From Caenibius sp. (GTDB lineage Bacteria; Pseudomonadota; Alphaproteobacteria; Sphingomonadales; Sphingomonadaceae): a DNA stretch of 64,000 bases. Below, one piece after another: positions 18,396 to 28,175 of the stretch. Within the stretch, counting starts at the first letter, position 1; each line of letters opens with the position of its first letter. Location: the NCBI GenBank assembly GCA_030830695.1, contig JAURML010000026.1, positions 20,372 through 84,371 on the forward strand, in the 5' to 3' direction. The position numbers and the translations under genes are program-made. The notes beneath the pieces were generated by a model. It did no database searches. It saw nothing but the letters and a program-made list of their open reading frames with translations, and was not told where the DNA came from.

Positions 18396-19643
18396 ATGAT
18401 GATGCCGTCGTCCCGGGCAGAGCAAGCCTTGCTCAATCTGCTGCGCCCCGGCACGCGGGCCTATCTTTCGGCCGGTAGCGCAGAACCGGCGGCGTTGGCT
18501 CGCCTGCTGTCGGTTGATCCGCAGCGGCTGGACGGGGTGACGATCTCGGGCAGCTTTGTTCCCGGCGTCAACACCACCGACTATGCCGCACTGCATCCCG
18601 GGGCCCGGATGGAGACGCTGCTGATGCTTCCAACGGCGCGAGAATCGCTCAAGGCGGGGCGGATCGATATCCTGCCGATGTCCTACACCGGCTATGCCGC
18701 GCATCTGCAGCGGCTGCCGTCCGACCTTGCCATCGTGCAGGTTTCCCCGCCAGACGCGGCAGGGCGCTGCCATCTGGGCCCTGCTTCGGATTTCGCGCCG
18801 CTGGTCTGGTCGTCAGCTGCCACGCGCATTGCCTTCGTCAATCCCGACCTGCCCGCCGCGCCGGGCAGCCATGCCCTGCCATTTGCCGAGATTGATCTGG
18901 CCATCGAATGCGACGGGGCAGCGATCGTGCTTCCCCCGGCCCGGCCTTCGGGCGTGCTCGATACCATTGCCGGCCATGTCGCCGCGCTGGTCGCCGATGG
19001 CGATGCGGTGCAGACTGGCCTGGGCGGTGCGCCGGCCGCAGCGCTGGCCGCAATGACCGGCCACCGCAATCTTGTGATCCATTCAGGCATGGTCAGCGAT
19101 GAATACCGCACCCTTGCCCAAGCAGGAGCGCTGGCGCCCACCGGGCACCGCACCGGCATGGCGTTGGGTTCGGCCTCGTTCTACGATTGGCTGGCCGCGG
19201 CCGATGGGCTGGAATTCGTGCCAACACCGCTGACTCACGGTGCGCCTGCCATCGCTGCCCTGCCCCGCTTCATCGCCATCAACAGCGCGCTGGAAGTGGA
19301 CCTGTTCGGACAGGCGAACCTGGAATGGCGCAGCGGCGAACTGGTGAGCGGCATGGGCGGCGCGCCGGATTTTGCCGGTCATGCAAGGCTTTCCAATGGC
19401 GGGCGTTCGGTGATCGCCCTGCCTGCCGCCACCCGCACCGTATCGCGGATCGTGCCGCGCATCATGGCACCGACTGTTTCGCTACCGCGCAACACTGTTG
19501 ATATCGTCGTGACCGAACACGGCGTCGCCCATATCCGCGACCTTGGCATGGAGCGGCGTGCCCAGGCGCTGATCGGCATCGCCGCGCCCGAACATCGCGA
19601 TGCGCTGCAAGAGGCATGGCAGGGCCTGCGCGACGCGATCTGA
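18396..19643 (+). CDS. Acetyl-CoA hydrolase/transferase (family I, 4-hydroxybutyrate CoA-transferase-like) protein
   Basis: About 415 aa with 'FIAINSALEVDLFGQANLE' and 'GGAPDFA', as in this family. Start at the first ATG (18396) within TTG-initiated ORF 18369. Confidence 0.7.
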   Translation: MMMPSSRAEQALLNLLRPGTRAYLSAGSAEPAALARLLSVDPQRLDGVTISGSFVPGVNTTDYAALHPGARMETLLMLPTARESLKAGRIDILPMSYTGYAAHLQRLPSDLAIVQVSPPDAAGRCHLGPASDFAPLVWSSAATRIAFVNPDLPAAPGSHALPFAEIDLAIECDGAAIVLPPARPSGVLDTIAGHVAALVADGDAVQTGLGGAPAAALAAMTGHRNLVIHSGMVSDEYRTLAQAGALAPTGHRTGMALGSASFYDWLAAADGLEFVPTPLTHGAPAIAALPRFIAINSALEVDLFGQANLEWRSGELVSGMGGAPDFAGHARLSNGGRSVIALPAATRTVSRIVPRIMAPTVSLPRNTVDIVVTEHGVAHIRDLGMERRAQALIGIAAPEHRDALQEAWQGLRDAI

Positions 19644-19692
19644 TCGCGGCGAGCCGGATGCCTTGCCATCCGCGCGGCTGGGGCGTCGGATC

Positions 19693-20481
19693 CTAACTTG
19701 TCTTGCCAAACAGGGGGCGCCGCTTCTCAAAAAAGGCTGCGACGCCCTCGGCGTGATCGTCCGATCCCATGGCAATCGCCTGAAACGCGGCTTCCATCTT
19801 GCAATAGCCATCAAGATCAACATCAGTCGCAGCACGCAGGAGGGTCTTGGTCAGGCCGGTCGCCGGTTGCGGAGCTTCAGCAAGCAGCCGTGCCGTATTC
19901 ATCGCTTCGTCGAACAGGGCATCATCGGCCACAACCCGGGAGACCAGACCCAATCGGGCAGCCTCTTCCGCAGCGACCTTGCGATTGGTCAGCAGTATCT
20001 CGCGCGCGCGCGGAGCCCCGACAGCCCGCTGCAGGGTTATGCCAAGCAATCCGTCTGGACACATTCCAACCCCCGCGAAGCCCGGTTGGAAGAACGCGCG
20101 CTGCGAGGCAATGATAATATCACCCAGCATCGAGAGGCCGAAGCCGGCACCGACGGCCGGACCATTCACGGCCATGACAACCGGCTTCGCCCCGGTCAGC
20201 AGCTTGCGCGCCCAGTTCTGGGTAGACTCGATTCTGCGCTGGTTGACGTCGGGCGGTACCTTCTGGCCGAAGCTGGACACATCGCCGCCGGCGCAAAAAC
20301 AGTCCCCCACGCCTGCCACCAGGAGACAACGCTGGGCCGGATCATTGAAAAACGCATCGAGTGCGCCCGGCAGTGCAGTCTTGATCTCCTGGACGAGGGC
20401 ATTGCGCTGCGCCGGGCGGTTTAGTTGCAGCACAGTCACCCCGCCCTCATGGCTTACCAGCAGGGGCGCATCGCTGCTCAT
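19693..20481 (-). CDS. Enoyl-CoA hydratase/isomerase (crotonase fold)
   Basis: 'VLQLNRPAQRNAL', 'CFCAGGDV', 'GPAVGAGFGLSMLGDIIIAS'. ATGA overlap with the upstream ACAD small-subunit gene. Confidence 0.85.
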   Translation of the reverse strand: MSSDAPLLVSHEGGVTVLQLNRPAQRNALVQEIKTALPGALDAFFNDPAQRCLLVAGVGDCFCAGGDVSSFGQKVPPDVNQRRIESTQNWARKLLTGAKPVVMAVNGPAVGAGFGLSMLGDIIIASQRAFFQPGFAGVGMCPDGLLGITLQRAVGAPRAREILLTNRKVAAEEAARLGLVSRVVADDALFDEAMNTARLLAEAPQPATGLTKTLLRAATDVDLDGYCKMEAAFQAIAMGSDDHAEGVAAFFEKRRPLFGKTS

Positions 20482-21485
20482 GCCGTTGGGCCGTCTGCGG
20501 CAATGATCCGCGCCTGTTCGATCCGTTCGCTGCTGGTTAGCGCTGAAAGCAGCCAGGCGCGCTTAAGGAACAAGTGGGCATCGGCCTCGTAGGTGAAGCC
20601 GATGCCGCCATGGATCTGGATGTTGAAGCGGCCATTCTCGCGCGCGGCATCACCGGCCAGCAGGCGGGCAGCAGCCACTTCGAACAGGTTGCCGTCTTCT
20701 CGCTCCAGCGCGTCGAGTGTGGCAAATAAGGTCTGCGCCACGGCGGCTTCGGCCCGCCGAGCCATTTCCGCGCAATAGTGCTTGATCGACTGGAAGCTGC
20801 CGATTGGCTGGCCGAACTGTTCGCGAAACTTGCCGTATTCGACTGCCATGGCGCAGGTCGCTTCGGCATTGCCAGCGAGCGCGGCAGACAGCATCAGGCT
20901 GGCCGCGCGCAGCATCCACGGGCCCTCGCGGCGGGCGGCTGGCGAACCCAGATCAAGCACGGCGCGCGCCAGGCCGACCGTATCATCGAGGCATTCCGCC
21001 TGACGCGCATCGGTGGGCGCGCGATAGAGGCGTGCTTCCTGTGCATTCCACAGCAGCACATAGTCCACGCCCTCGGCGTCAATCAACTGGACGTCGGCGG
21101 TGTCGTTTGAAAAATCGACGGGCTTCAACGGATTGGCGAAAGCCACGCGGGTTTCGCCCGCCATGATCGCGGGCAGGATATCATCGCCCGCCACATGGGT
21201 CGCCAGCATGGTCGAGAGCACCGTGGGTGAAACCAGATGCTTGCCGAATTCGCGAGCGACAGTGACCTCTTCGGCCAGCGTGCAGCCGAAGCCGCCGCGC
21301 GCCTCGCTGACGGAAAGACCAAACAGGCCCAGTTCGGCAAGCGTGCCCCAGATCGCCCGTTCGGCTGCCCCGCCGAATGCGGCCTCTTCGTGCAGCCGGG
21401 CAATCGGTAGTTCGTCAGCCAGCAGCGCGGCAACAGAATCACGGAAAGCTTCCTGGTCTTCGGTCGGCAGCAGGTCAACGATCAT
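20478..21485 (-). CDS. Acyl-CoA dehydrogenase, small (beta-type) subunit of a split ACAD pair
   Basis: ACAD-like 'IQIHGGIGFTYEADAHLFLKRA', but it lacks the C-terminal GGTxEI motif. Start 'MIVDLLPTEDQEAF' overlaps the stop of 21482..22660 (ATGA). Confidence 0.8.
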   Translation of the reverse strand: MIVDLLPTEDQEAFRDSVAALLADELPIARLHEEAAFGGAAERAIWGTLAELGLFGLSVSEARGGFGCTLAEEVTVAREFGKHLVSPTVLSTMLATHVAGDDILPAIMAGETRVAFANPLKPVDFSNDTADVQLIDAEGVDYVLLWNAQEARLYRAPTDARQAECLDDTVGLARAVLDLGSPAARREGPWMLRAASLMLSAALAGNAEATCAMAVEYGKFREQFGQPIGSFQSIKHYCAEMARRAEAAVAQTLFATLDALEREDGNLFEVAAARLLAGDAARENGRFNIQIHGGIGFTYEADAHLFLKRAWLLSALTSSERIEQARIIAADGPTA

Positions 21486-22660
21486 GCCCGGGGTCCTCTC
21501 GGCAGGCCGAGCAAACGCTCGCCAATAGCGTTGCGGCGGATTTCGGTGGTCCCGCCGCCGATCGCCCACTTGAAGCATTCAAGATATTCCAGCGCCCATT
21601 CGCCGAAACGGGTTTCCCGCTCAAGCCCCTCGGCGCCCAGCAGACGAAGGGCAAATTTCATCACCTTGCGGATCAGTTCGCCGAACTGCAGCGCTACAAG
21701 GTTGCCTTCCGGACCGGGAATCGGCTGGCGCATGTTGCGCGAAATGGTCAGCGCCGTCATCGAGCGTAGCGCCGCCACTTCGGCGCGCAGGGTCGCCAGT
21801 TCACCGGCGATAGCATCGTCCTCGATCGCCCGGCGCCGTCCGTCTGGCGCCTGGATTTCGCCGGCGATGACGATCAGTCGTTCAACGGTACGCGACAGTT
21901 CGATCTGGTGGGCGATATTGGCTGTCCCGCGCTCGAAGCCCAGCGTGGTCATGGCGACCGACCAGCCGTTGTTCAGCCCGCCCACGACATTGCTCAGCGG
22001 AATTCGGGCATTGTCGTAAAAGCACTGGGCGAAATGAGTGATGCCCGACATCGCCCGGATCGGGCGCACCTCAATGCCCGGCGTGTCCATCGGGCAGATT
22101 ACCCAGCTGATACCCTTGTATTTGCCCGCCGAGGGATCGGTGCGGACCAGCAATTCCTGGAAGTTGGAGCCAGGCGCATAGGTCGTCCAGATTTTGCTGC
22201 CGTTGACCACCAGATGATCGCCATCAATCTCGGCCCGCGTTCTGAGGCTGCCAAGATCGGAGCCGGAACCCGGTTCGGAGAAGCCTTGGCACCAGGTTAC
22301 CTCACCTTTGAGGATGCGCGGCAGGTGCGCGGCCTTCTGCTCGTCCGAACCTTCGTTGATCAGGGTCGGCCCGGCATGGCTGAGCGCAACGAACATGTTG
22401 CCCGATGACGGCGCGCCGGCCCGGCTATATTCCTCGTGCCAGATCATCTGCTCGACCAGCGGCAGGCCGCGCCCGCCAAATTCGACGGGCCAGCTGATCC
22501 CGGCCCAACCGGCATCATATTGGGCCCGCTGCCAGGCCATGTCGAATTCCCGCATAGCGGGGCCGTCGTGCGGGCGCTTGTCGCGCGGCACATTGGTTTC
22601 TAACCATTCGCGCACTTCCTCGCGGAAGGCTCGTTCGGCTGAGGTTTCGATGATCTTCAT
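21482..22660 (-). CDS. Acyl-CoA dehydrogenase, large (alpha-type) subunit
   Basis: 'GFSEPGSGSDLGSLRT' and 'GGGTTEIRRNAIGERLLGLP'. 392 aa. Confidence 0.9.
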   Translation of the reverse strand: MKIIETSAERAFREEVREWLETNVPRDKRPHDGPAMREFDMAWQRAQYDAGWAGISWPVEFGGRGLPLVEQMIWHEEYSRAGAPSSGNMFVALSHAGPTLINEGSDEQKAAHLPRILKGEVTWCQGFSEPGSGSDLGSLRTRAEIDGDHLVVNGSKIWTTYAPGSNFQELLVRTDPSAGKYKGISWVICPMDTPGIEVRPIRAMSGITHFAQCFYDNARIPLSNVVGGLNNGWSVAMTTLGFERGTANIAHQIELSRTVERLIVIAGEIQAPDGRRRAIEDDAIAGELATLRAEVAALRSMTALTISRNMRQPIPGPEGNLVALQFGELIRKVMKFALRLLGAEGLERETRFGEWALEYLECFKWAIGGGTTEIRRNAIGERLLGLPRGPRA

Positions 22661-22693
22661 GCAAGTGTTCCGATTGATTCGGGGGTCCGGCCG

Positions 22694-23485
22694 TCAGCGG
22701 CCGGTAAAGACCGGGCTGCGCTTAGCCACGAAGGCCTCGACTGCGGCCCGGTGGTCTTCACTGAGGTGCGACAAGGTTTCCAGCCCGAGGTGGGCATCGA
22801 TCATCGCATCGAGCTGCTGGCGCAAGACCATGTTGAGGGCCCGCTTGGTGCCGCGAATAGCGACCTGCGCGCCATTGGCCAGGCGCTGGGCAATTTCCTC
22901 CACCCGGTCATCAAGCGTTTCGGCGGAATGCGCCTCGGTCACCAGGCCCCATTCGGCAGCCTTGGCACCGGTGATCGCGTCGCCGGTCAGCAGCGGCAGT
23001 CGGGTACGGGCATGGCCGGCCAGCAGCGGCCAGATGATCGCCCCGCCATCGCCCGCAACCAGACCGACGCCCACATGGGGATCGGCAATCTTGGCTTCAT
23101 TGAGGGCAATGGTGATGTCGCAGAATAGCGCCAGAGTGGCCCCCAGGCCGACCGCGTGGCCATTGATCTTAGCGATCACAGGAACCTCGACGTCGATCAG
23201 GTTCGATAGCAGGCGCCGCGCTTCGCCCATTGCCTCGATCCAGCGGCCATGATCGTCGATCCCTTCCTGCATCTGCCTGAGATCGCCGCCCGCGGAAAAG
23301 GCCCGGCCGGCGCCGGTCAGCACTACGACACGCGCCTCGGAATCGGCATTGATTTCAGGAAACACGCGCTCAAGTTCGCGGTGCATCTCGGGATTAGTGG
23401 CGTTCTTCACTTCGGGGCGATTGAGGGTGACAGTCACTATGCCATCGACCCGCTCAACCCGCAAAAATTTGTAGCTCTCGTACAT
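22694..23485 (-). CDS. Enoyl-CoA hydratase/isomerase (crotonase fold)
   Basis: 'VTLNRPEVKNA', 'AFSAGGDL', 'GHAVGLGATLALFCDITIA'. Start taken at the ATG at 23485; the ORF-table start at 23515 is a TTG. Confidence 0.85.
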   Translation of the reverse strand: MYESYKFLRVERVDGIVTVTLNRPEVKNATNPEMHRELERVFPEINADSEARVVVLTGAGRAFSAGGDLRQMQEGIDDHGRWIEAMGEARRLLSNLIDVEVPVIAKINGHAVGLGATLALFCDITIALNEAKIADPHVGVGLVAGDGGAIIWPLLAGHARTRLPLLTGDAITGAKAAEWGLVTEAHSAETLDDRVEEIAQRLANGAQVAIRGTKRALNMVLRQQLDAMIDAHLGLETLSHLSEDHRAAVEAFVAKRSPVFTGR

Positions 23486-23710
23486 CACTTGGCCCTGCCC
23501 ATTGGAGTAATTCAATTTCGTCCGCTAATGCCGCCACAGTATTTCTTCAAGCCTTCTTTTTCGGCACTATTTGCGCTACGTTCGTCTTTCCGCGATTGAC
23601 GCGAATGCAGCTTAGCTTGTAATCGGTGTCGAAACGAATTCCGCTATTGAGATAACAGATTAACGATGCCGGCAGCAGAACGGCACCGACCGAGCTAGAG
23701 GCATGCCGCT

Positions 23711-24910
23711 ATGAGTTTCTTCACCGCCGAAGACGAAACGTTCCGCTTAGAGGTACGCCGGTTCATCCAAACTGCCCTGCCGCTAGAAATGCGCGAGCGC
23801 AACCATCGCGCCTATCACCCCACCCGTGATGATGTCGTGCTGTGGACTAAGGCCCTACAGCAAAAAGGGTGGTCAGTGCCGAGCTGGCCAATCGAATATG
23901 GCGGTCCCGGTTGGACGGTGCGCCAGCGCCATATCTTCGAGGAAGAATGTTTCCTCGGCGGCGCGCCTGAACTTTCACCGCAAGGGAATTCGCTGGTCGG
24001 ACCTGTGATCTACACCTTCGGCAACCAAGAGCAGAAGACCCGTTTCCTGCCCGGAATCATCAGCGCCGATCAGTTGTGGGCTCAGGGCTTTTCGGAGCCG
24101 AACAGCGGATCGGACCTCGCCTCGCTGCGCACCCGCGCCGATCGCGACGGTGACCATTATGTCGTCAACGGCCAAAAGACATGGACCTCGGAAGGCCACT
24201 TTTCGGACTGGCTGTTCCTGCTGGTGCGCACGCGCCAGGACGGCAAACCGCAGGCCGGGATTTCGTTCCTGCTGGTCGACATGAAAACCCCGGGCATCAC
24301 GGTGCGGCCAATCATTTCGATCGACGAAGGTCACAGCCTCAACGAAGTCTTCCTCGAAGACGTGCGCGTGCCCGTCGAAAACCTGGTCGGAGAGGAAAAC
24401 CAAGGCTGGACCTATGCCAAAGTGCTGTTGGGCGAGGAACGCTCGTTTTCGGCCATGGTGCCGCGCTGCAAGATGGAATTCGAGCGGTTACGCCGAAACG
24501 CCAGTTTTTCGCGGACATCGAGAGGCAGGCTGATCGATGACCCGCATTTCGCCAAGCGTCTGAGCGCGCTGGAGATCGAACTGCTGGCTCACGAAACCAC
24601 CACCTGGCGTGTCTTGGCCGAAGAAGAGAGCGGCCATGCCGGGGCTATGCCCACTTCCTCGATCATCAAGATCAAGGGCACCGAACTGCTCCAACAGATC
24701 GAGCTGCTCTCGGTCGAGGCGCTGGGGCTCGACGCCATGCCGGTCTATCCGGAAGAGGAATATCGCGAAGCCCTGCCTGCCACGATGCCTGGGCCGGTCC
24801 ATGCCGTCGGTGTGACCTCGGAAATGTTCTACCGCCGCGCTGCCACGATTTACGGCGGCACCAATGAAATCCAGCGCAATCTGATTGCCGGCACGCTTCT
24901 GAAGGGCTGA
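23711..24910 (+). CDS. Acyl-CoA dehydrogenase, large (alpha-type) subunit
   Basis: 'GFSEPNSGSDLASLRT' and 'IYGGTNEIQRNLIAGTLL'. 399 aa. Confidence 0.9.
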   Translation: MSFFTAEDETFRLEVRRFIQTALPLEMRERNHRAYHPTRDDVVLWTKALQQKGWSVPSWPIEYGGPGWTVRQRHIFEEECFLGGAPELSPQGNSLVGPVIYTFGNQEQKTRFLPGIISADQLWAQGFSEPNSGSDLASLRTRADRDGDHYVVNGQKTWTSEGHFSDWLFLLVRTRQDGKPQAGISFLLVDMKTPGITVRPIISIDEGHSLNEVFLEDVRVPVENLVGEENQGWTYAKVLLGEERSFSAMVPRCKMEFERLRRNASFSRTSRGRLIDDPHFAKRLSALEIELLAHETTTWRVLAEEESGHAGAMPTSSIIKIKGTELLQQIELLSVEALGLDAMPVYPEEEYREALPATMPGPVHAVGVTSEMFYRRAATIYGGTNEIQRNLIAGTLLKG

Positions 24911-24917
24911 ATGGACC

Positions 24918-26030
24918 ATGCAGTTTTTACCAGACGAAGCGCAGTCGATGATGCGCGACACTGTCCGCCGCTGGGTCGAGAAGGACTATTCGGCCGAGGG
25001 CGACAGCACGCTGGGCTGCGATCCCGATCGATGGGCATTCTTGGCCGAACAGGGTTGGCTCGCCGCCGGCGTGTCAGAGGAAGCCGGCGGATTGGGCGGC
25101 AATGCCTTTGACCTGTGCACCATCGCCGAAGAACTGGGCCGCGGGCTGGTCCGCGATGCCTTTGTTCCCTTTGCTGGGGCAACCGCCAACCTGCTGGCGC
25201 AAATCGCGCCGGGCTCGGACCTGCTCCAAGAGCTGTTGTGGGGTGGCGGTCGGCCCTTGCTGGCCCACAGCGAAGCCGCTGCGCGCGGCGAGCAGCTATT
25301 CATCGAAACCACGGCCCGCGCAGACGGGGACGGCTTTGTCCTCGATGGCCGCAAGGATGCTGTACTTGGCGGCCCATTTGCGACGAGCCTGTTGATCTCA
25401 GCCAGGATCGAAGGCGAAGATGGAATTACAATCTTTCAGATCGACCCGGGGCAGCCAGGGCTAACCCAGCAATCCTTCCGCACGATCGACAATCGCTCTG
25501 CATGCAACCTGGTTCTCGACGGCGTGAAGCTGGCGAGCGATGCACTGGTCGGGCCGCGCTCGGGCGCGGACAATGCGTTGATACTGGCACTGGACCAAGC
25601 CATCCTCGCCTCCTGCGCGGAAGCAGTGGGCGCGATGGAGGCAGCCATGCTGATGACCCGCGACTATCTGCGCACGCGCAAGCAATTTGGCTCCGAAATC
25701 GGCAAGTTTCAGGCACTCCAACATCGGCTGGCTGATATGTTCATCGAAACCGAACAGGCGCGCTCGATCGTCCTGCGCGCCATTGATGCCGCCTGCGGTG
25801 AAGACGTCGCGCAGCGCCAGCGCCTTGCCGCCGCTGCAAAGTCGCGGGTGGCACAGGCCGGCCTATTTGTTGGCGGGCAGGCTATCCAGCTTCATGGAGG
25901 CATTGGAATGACCGAGGAATACGGTGTCGGCCATTATTTCAAGCGGCTCATGGCTTTCGATCTCTATTTGGGATCGGGCAACGCTCATCTCGAAAGGTTC
26001 GCTGCACTGCAACAGGCTGAACGTACTTAG
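24918..26030 (+). CDS. Acyl-CoA dehydrogenase, small (beta-type) subunit
   Basis: 'AIQLHGGIGMTEEYGVGHYFKRL' without the terminal GGTxEI motif. Starts 7 nt after the stop of 23711..24910. Confidence 0.8.
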   Translation: MQFLPDEAQSMMRDTVRRWVEKDYSAEGDSTLGCDPDRWAFLAEQGWLAAGVSEEAGGLGGNAFDLCTIAEELGRGLVRDAFVPFAGATANLLAQIAPGSDLLQELLWGGGRPLLAHSEAAARGEQLFIETTARADGDGFVLDGRKDAVLGGPFATSLLISARIEGEDGITIFQIDPGQPGLTQQSFRTIDNRSACNLVLDGVKLASDALVGPRSGADNALILALDQAILASCAEAVGAMEAAMLMTRDYLRTRKQFGSEIGKFQALQHRLADMFIETEQARSIVLRAIDAACGEDVAQRQRLAAAAKSRVAQAGLFVGGQAIQLHGGIGMTEEYGVGHYFKRLMAFDLYLGSGNAHLERFAALQQAERT

Positions 26031-26121
26031 GGTCAGGACCTATTAATCGCACCTTCGAGGCGGCGGAATGGTGTTGAGACGGTTCATTTGATGTGCCCTC
26101 GGCACTCCGGAAGGGCGTGCT

Positions 26122-26922
26122 TTAGTTCATACCGAAAACCTCTAACAACATCGAACCACGCTTGCCTCCAAGGTCGTCCGAATACCAATCTGCTGAGATC
26201 ATACTGCAGCGGCGGGCAGCCACGGCTGCCAATTCTTCGTCCTGTTCCAAGATAGCTTCGGCCAGCTGGTTGCGGCGGATGCGATAATCGCTGACTCGTT
26301 CCGGGTTCTTGACGTAGATATCCTCGTCAACGCTCAGCATGGAGGAGAAGTCATAGAGCGTTTCCATGAAAAGTGCGATCACGCGATTTTCGCCCAATTC
26401 CCCCAGCAAGCGACCGAATTCGCGCTCAGCCTTTACAAAATCCTTGAAACGCTGTTCCGGCCCCTGCTCCATTTCCTTGTCAAGGAAACGCCTGAGGCTG
26501 GCTAACAGTTTCTTGTCACCATTGTTCGACGCAAAGCGGGCAAGCGCAATGCGGATCGGTGCCACGGCCTCGATGATTTCGCGCACTTCGGTACGGCGGC
26601 TGCGAAGGTAGATAGCAGCCATGTGCGCCACAGCACGCGTGCTGGGCTGTCGGGCAAAATAACCACCTCCAACACCACGCTTGACCTTGAGGAGATTTTC
26701 CTGACTGATCAGGGCTGCAGCCTGGCGAAGGGTGGGGCGGCTGACGCCATAACGTGCGATCAAATCGTCTTCCGATCCCAGCAGCTCTCCGTCACTCATG
26801 TTAAAAACATCGCGCCTCAATTCTGCAGCAGCAGCCGACACTGCTGAAGGGCGCGCTTCCGGTTTTCTGCTCATCACCATTTTCTCGATCAGGTTTGTTG
26901 CTCTTAGAACTGCCTTTATCAC
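26122..26922 (-). CDS. GntR/FadR family transcriptional regulator
   Basis: wHTH 'SEDDLIARYGVSRPTLRQAAALISQENLLKVKRGVGGGYF' plus a helical FCD-like C-terminal domain. The true start may be an internal Met (MVMSRK..). Confidence 0.8.
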   Translation of the reverse strand: MIKAVLRATNLIEKMVMSRKPEARPSAVSAAAAELRRDVFNMSDGELLGSEDDLIARYGVSRPTLRQAAALISQENLLKVKRGVGGGYFARQPSTRAVAHMAAIYLRSRRTEVREIIEAVAPIRIALARFASNNGDKKLLASLRRFLDKEMEQGPEQRFKDFVKAEREFGRLLGELGENRVIALFMETLYDFSSMLSVDEDIYVKNPERVSDYRIRRNQLAEAILEQDEELAAVAARRCSMISADWYSDDLGGKRGSMLLEVFGMN

Positions 26923-26987
26923 ATTTCGAACGGCGATCCGTCAACCTGTCCCCGCCCTGTTATGTGCCGGTACAGCCAGAGCTGCAT

Positions 26988-28172
26988 CTATATCACCTTT
27001 GCGGCACGCAATTTGATGATTTCGGACGGATCGAATCCCAATTCCACCATGATTTCATCGGTATGCTCCCCCAAGGTGGGAGGACGATTGCGGATCGTTC
27101 CCGGTGTCTCCGACAGATCGAAAGGCGTCGTCGACACTTTCGCCGGTTTCGTCAGGCCGGGAAAGTCGACTCCCTGCATGAAATTGAGTGCGCTGATATG
27201 CGGATCGTCCAGCGCCTGCTGCGGCGAAAGCAGCGGCCCGGCCGGAACCCGCGCCGCATCGAGCGAAGCCATGACTTCGGCCTTCGATTTCGCACTGCAC
27301 CAATCCTGCATCACATCGTTGAGGATATCCCCGTTCTCGGCGCGCAGGTCGTCGTTTGTGAAGCGCGGATCCTCGAACAGATCGAGCCTGTCGACCATGC
27401 GGCACCAGCGTTTAAACATCGCCTGCCCTATGACCTGGACCAGCACGAAACCGTCGGTCGCCTTGAACAGATCGCACGGAGCAACTGCCTGCCCGCGGTT
27501 GCCAACCGGCAGCCGATTGGACTGCATCAGATCCTGTTCGACCAGCATGGCATTGGTATAGACCAGTGCGGAGGCCAGCAGCGATGTTTCGACCTTCTGC
27601 CCTTCGCCCGTCGCGAGGCGGTGATAGAGCGCCATCATAGTCCCCAGCGCCATGTTCATCGAGGTGCCAAAATCAACCCATGGCACTGCCGAACGCATCG
27701 GCATGTCGGGAAAGCCTGAACGATAGACGCCGCCGGACATCACCTGGCCCAGCCCATCAAACCCGATCCGGTCGCTATAGGGGCCCCCGTTACCATAGGC
27801 TGAGGCGCTGGTGAGGATGATGTCGGGCTTCACGGTCCGCAGGCTTTCGTAGTCGAGGGCGTTTGCCCGCAGCGAAGCTTCGGGCATGTTGGCAATCACC
27901 ACGTCGGCGCCTGCCACCAGCTTCCGCACGATTTCCTGCCCTTCGGGCGTGGTGCTGTCGAGGGTCATCGAGCGCTTGTTGCGATTGCATTGCAGGAAGG
28001 TTGCCCCTTCGCCGCTCGGGGTCACCGGCTGGACCCAGCGATCTTCGCCCCCTTCACGCTTTTCGACGCGGATCACGTCGGCACCCATGTCGCCCAGCAG
28101 CGCGGCGCACCAGGGTGCCGCGATGAAGCGACCGAAATCCAGCACACGCACACCGTTCAATACCGCAGCCAT
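26988..28172 (-). CDS. Family III CoA-transferase (CaiB/BaiF/alpha-methylacyl-CoA racemase-like)
   Basis: N-terminal 'GVRVLDFGRFIAAPWCAALLGDMGADVIRVE' is typical of family III. 394 aa. Confidence 0.9.
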   Translation of the reverse strand: MAAVLNGVRVLDFGRFIAAPWCAALLGDMGADVIRVEKREGGEDRWVQPVTPSGEGATFLQCNRNKRSMTLDSTTPEGQEIVRKLVAGADVVIANMPEASLRANALDYESLRTVKPDIILTSASAYGNGGPYSDRIGFDGLGQVMSGGVYRSGFPDMPMRSAVPWVDFGTSMNMALGTMMALYHRLATGEGQKVETSLLASALVYTNAMLVEQDLMQSNRLPVGNRGQAVAPCDLFKATDGFVLVQVIGQAMFKRWCRMVDRLDLFEDPRFTNDDLRAENGDILNDVMQDWCSAKSKAEVMASLDAARVPAGPLLSPQQALDDPHISALNFMQGVDFPGLTKPAKVSTTPFDLSETPGTIRNRPPTLGEHTDEIMVELGFDPSEIIKLRAAKVI

Positions 28173-28175
28173 GGT

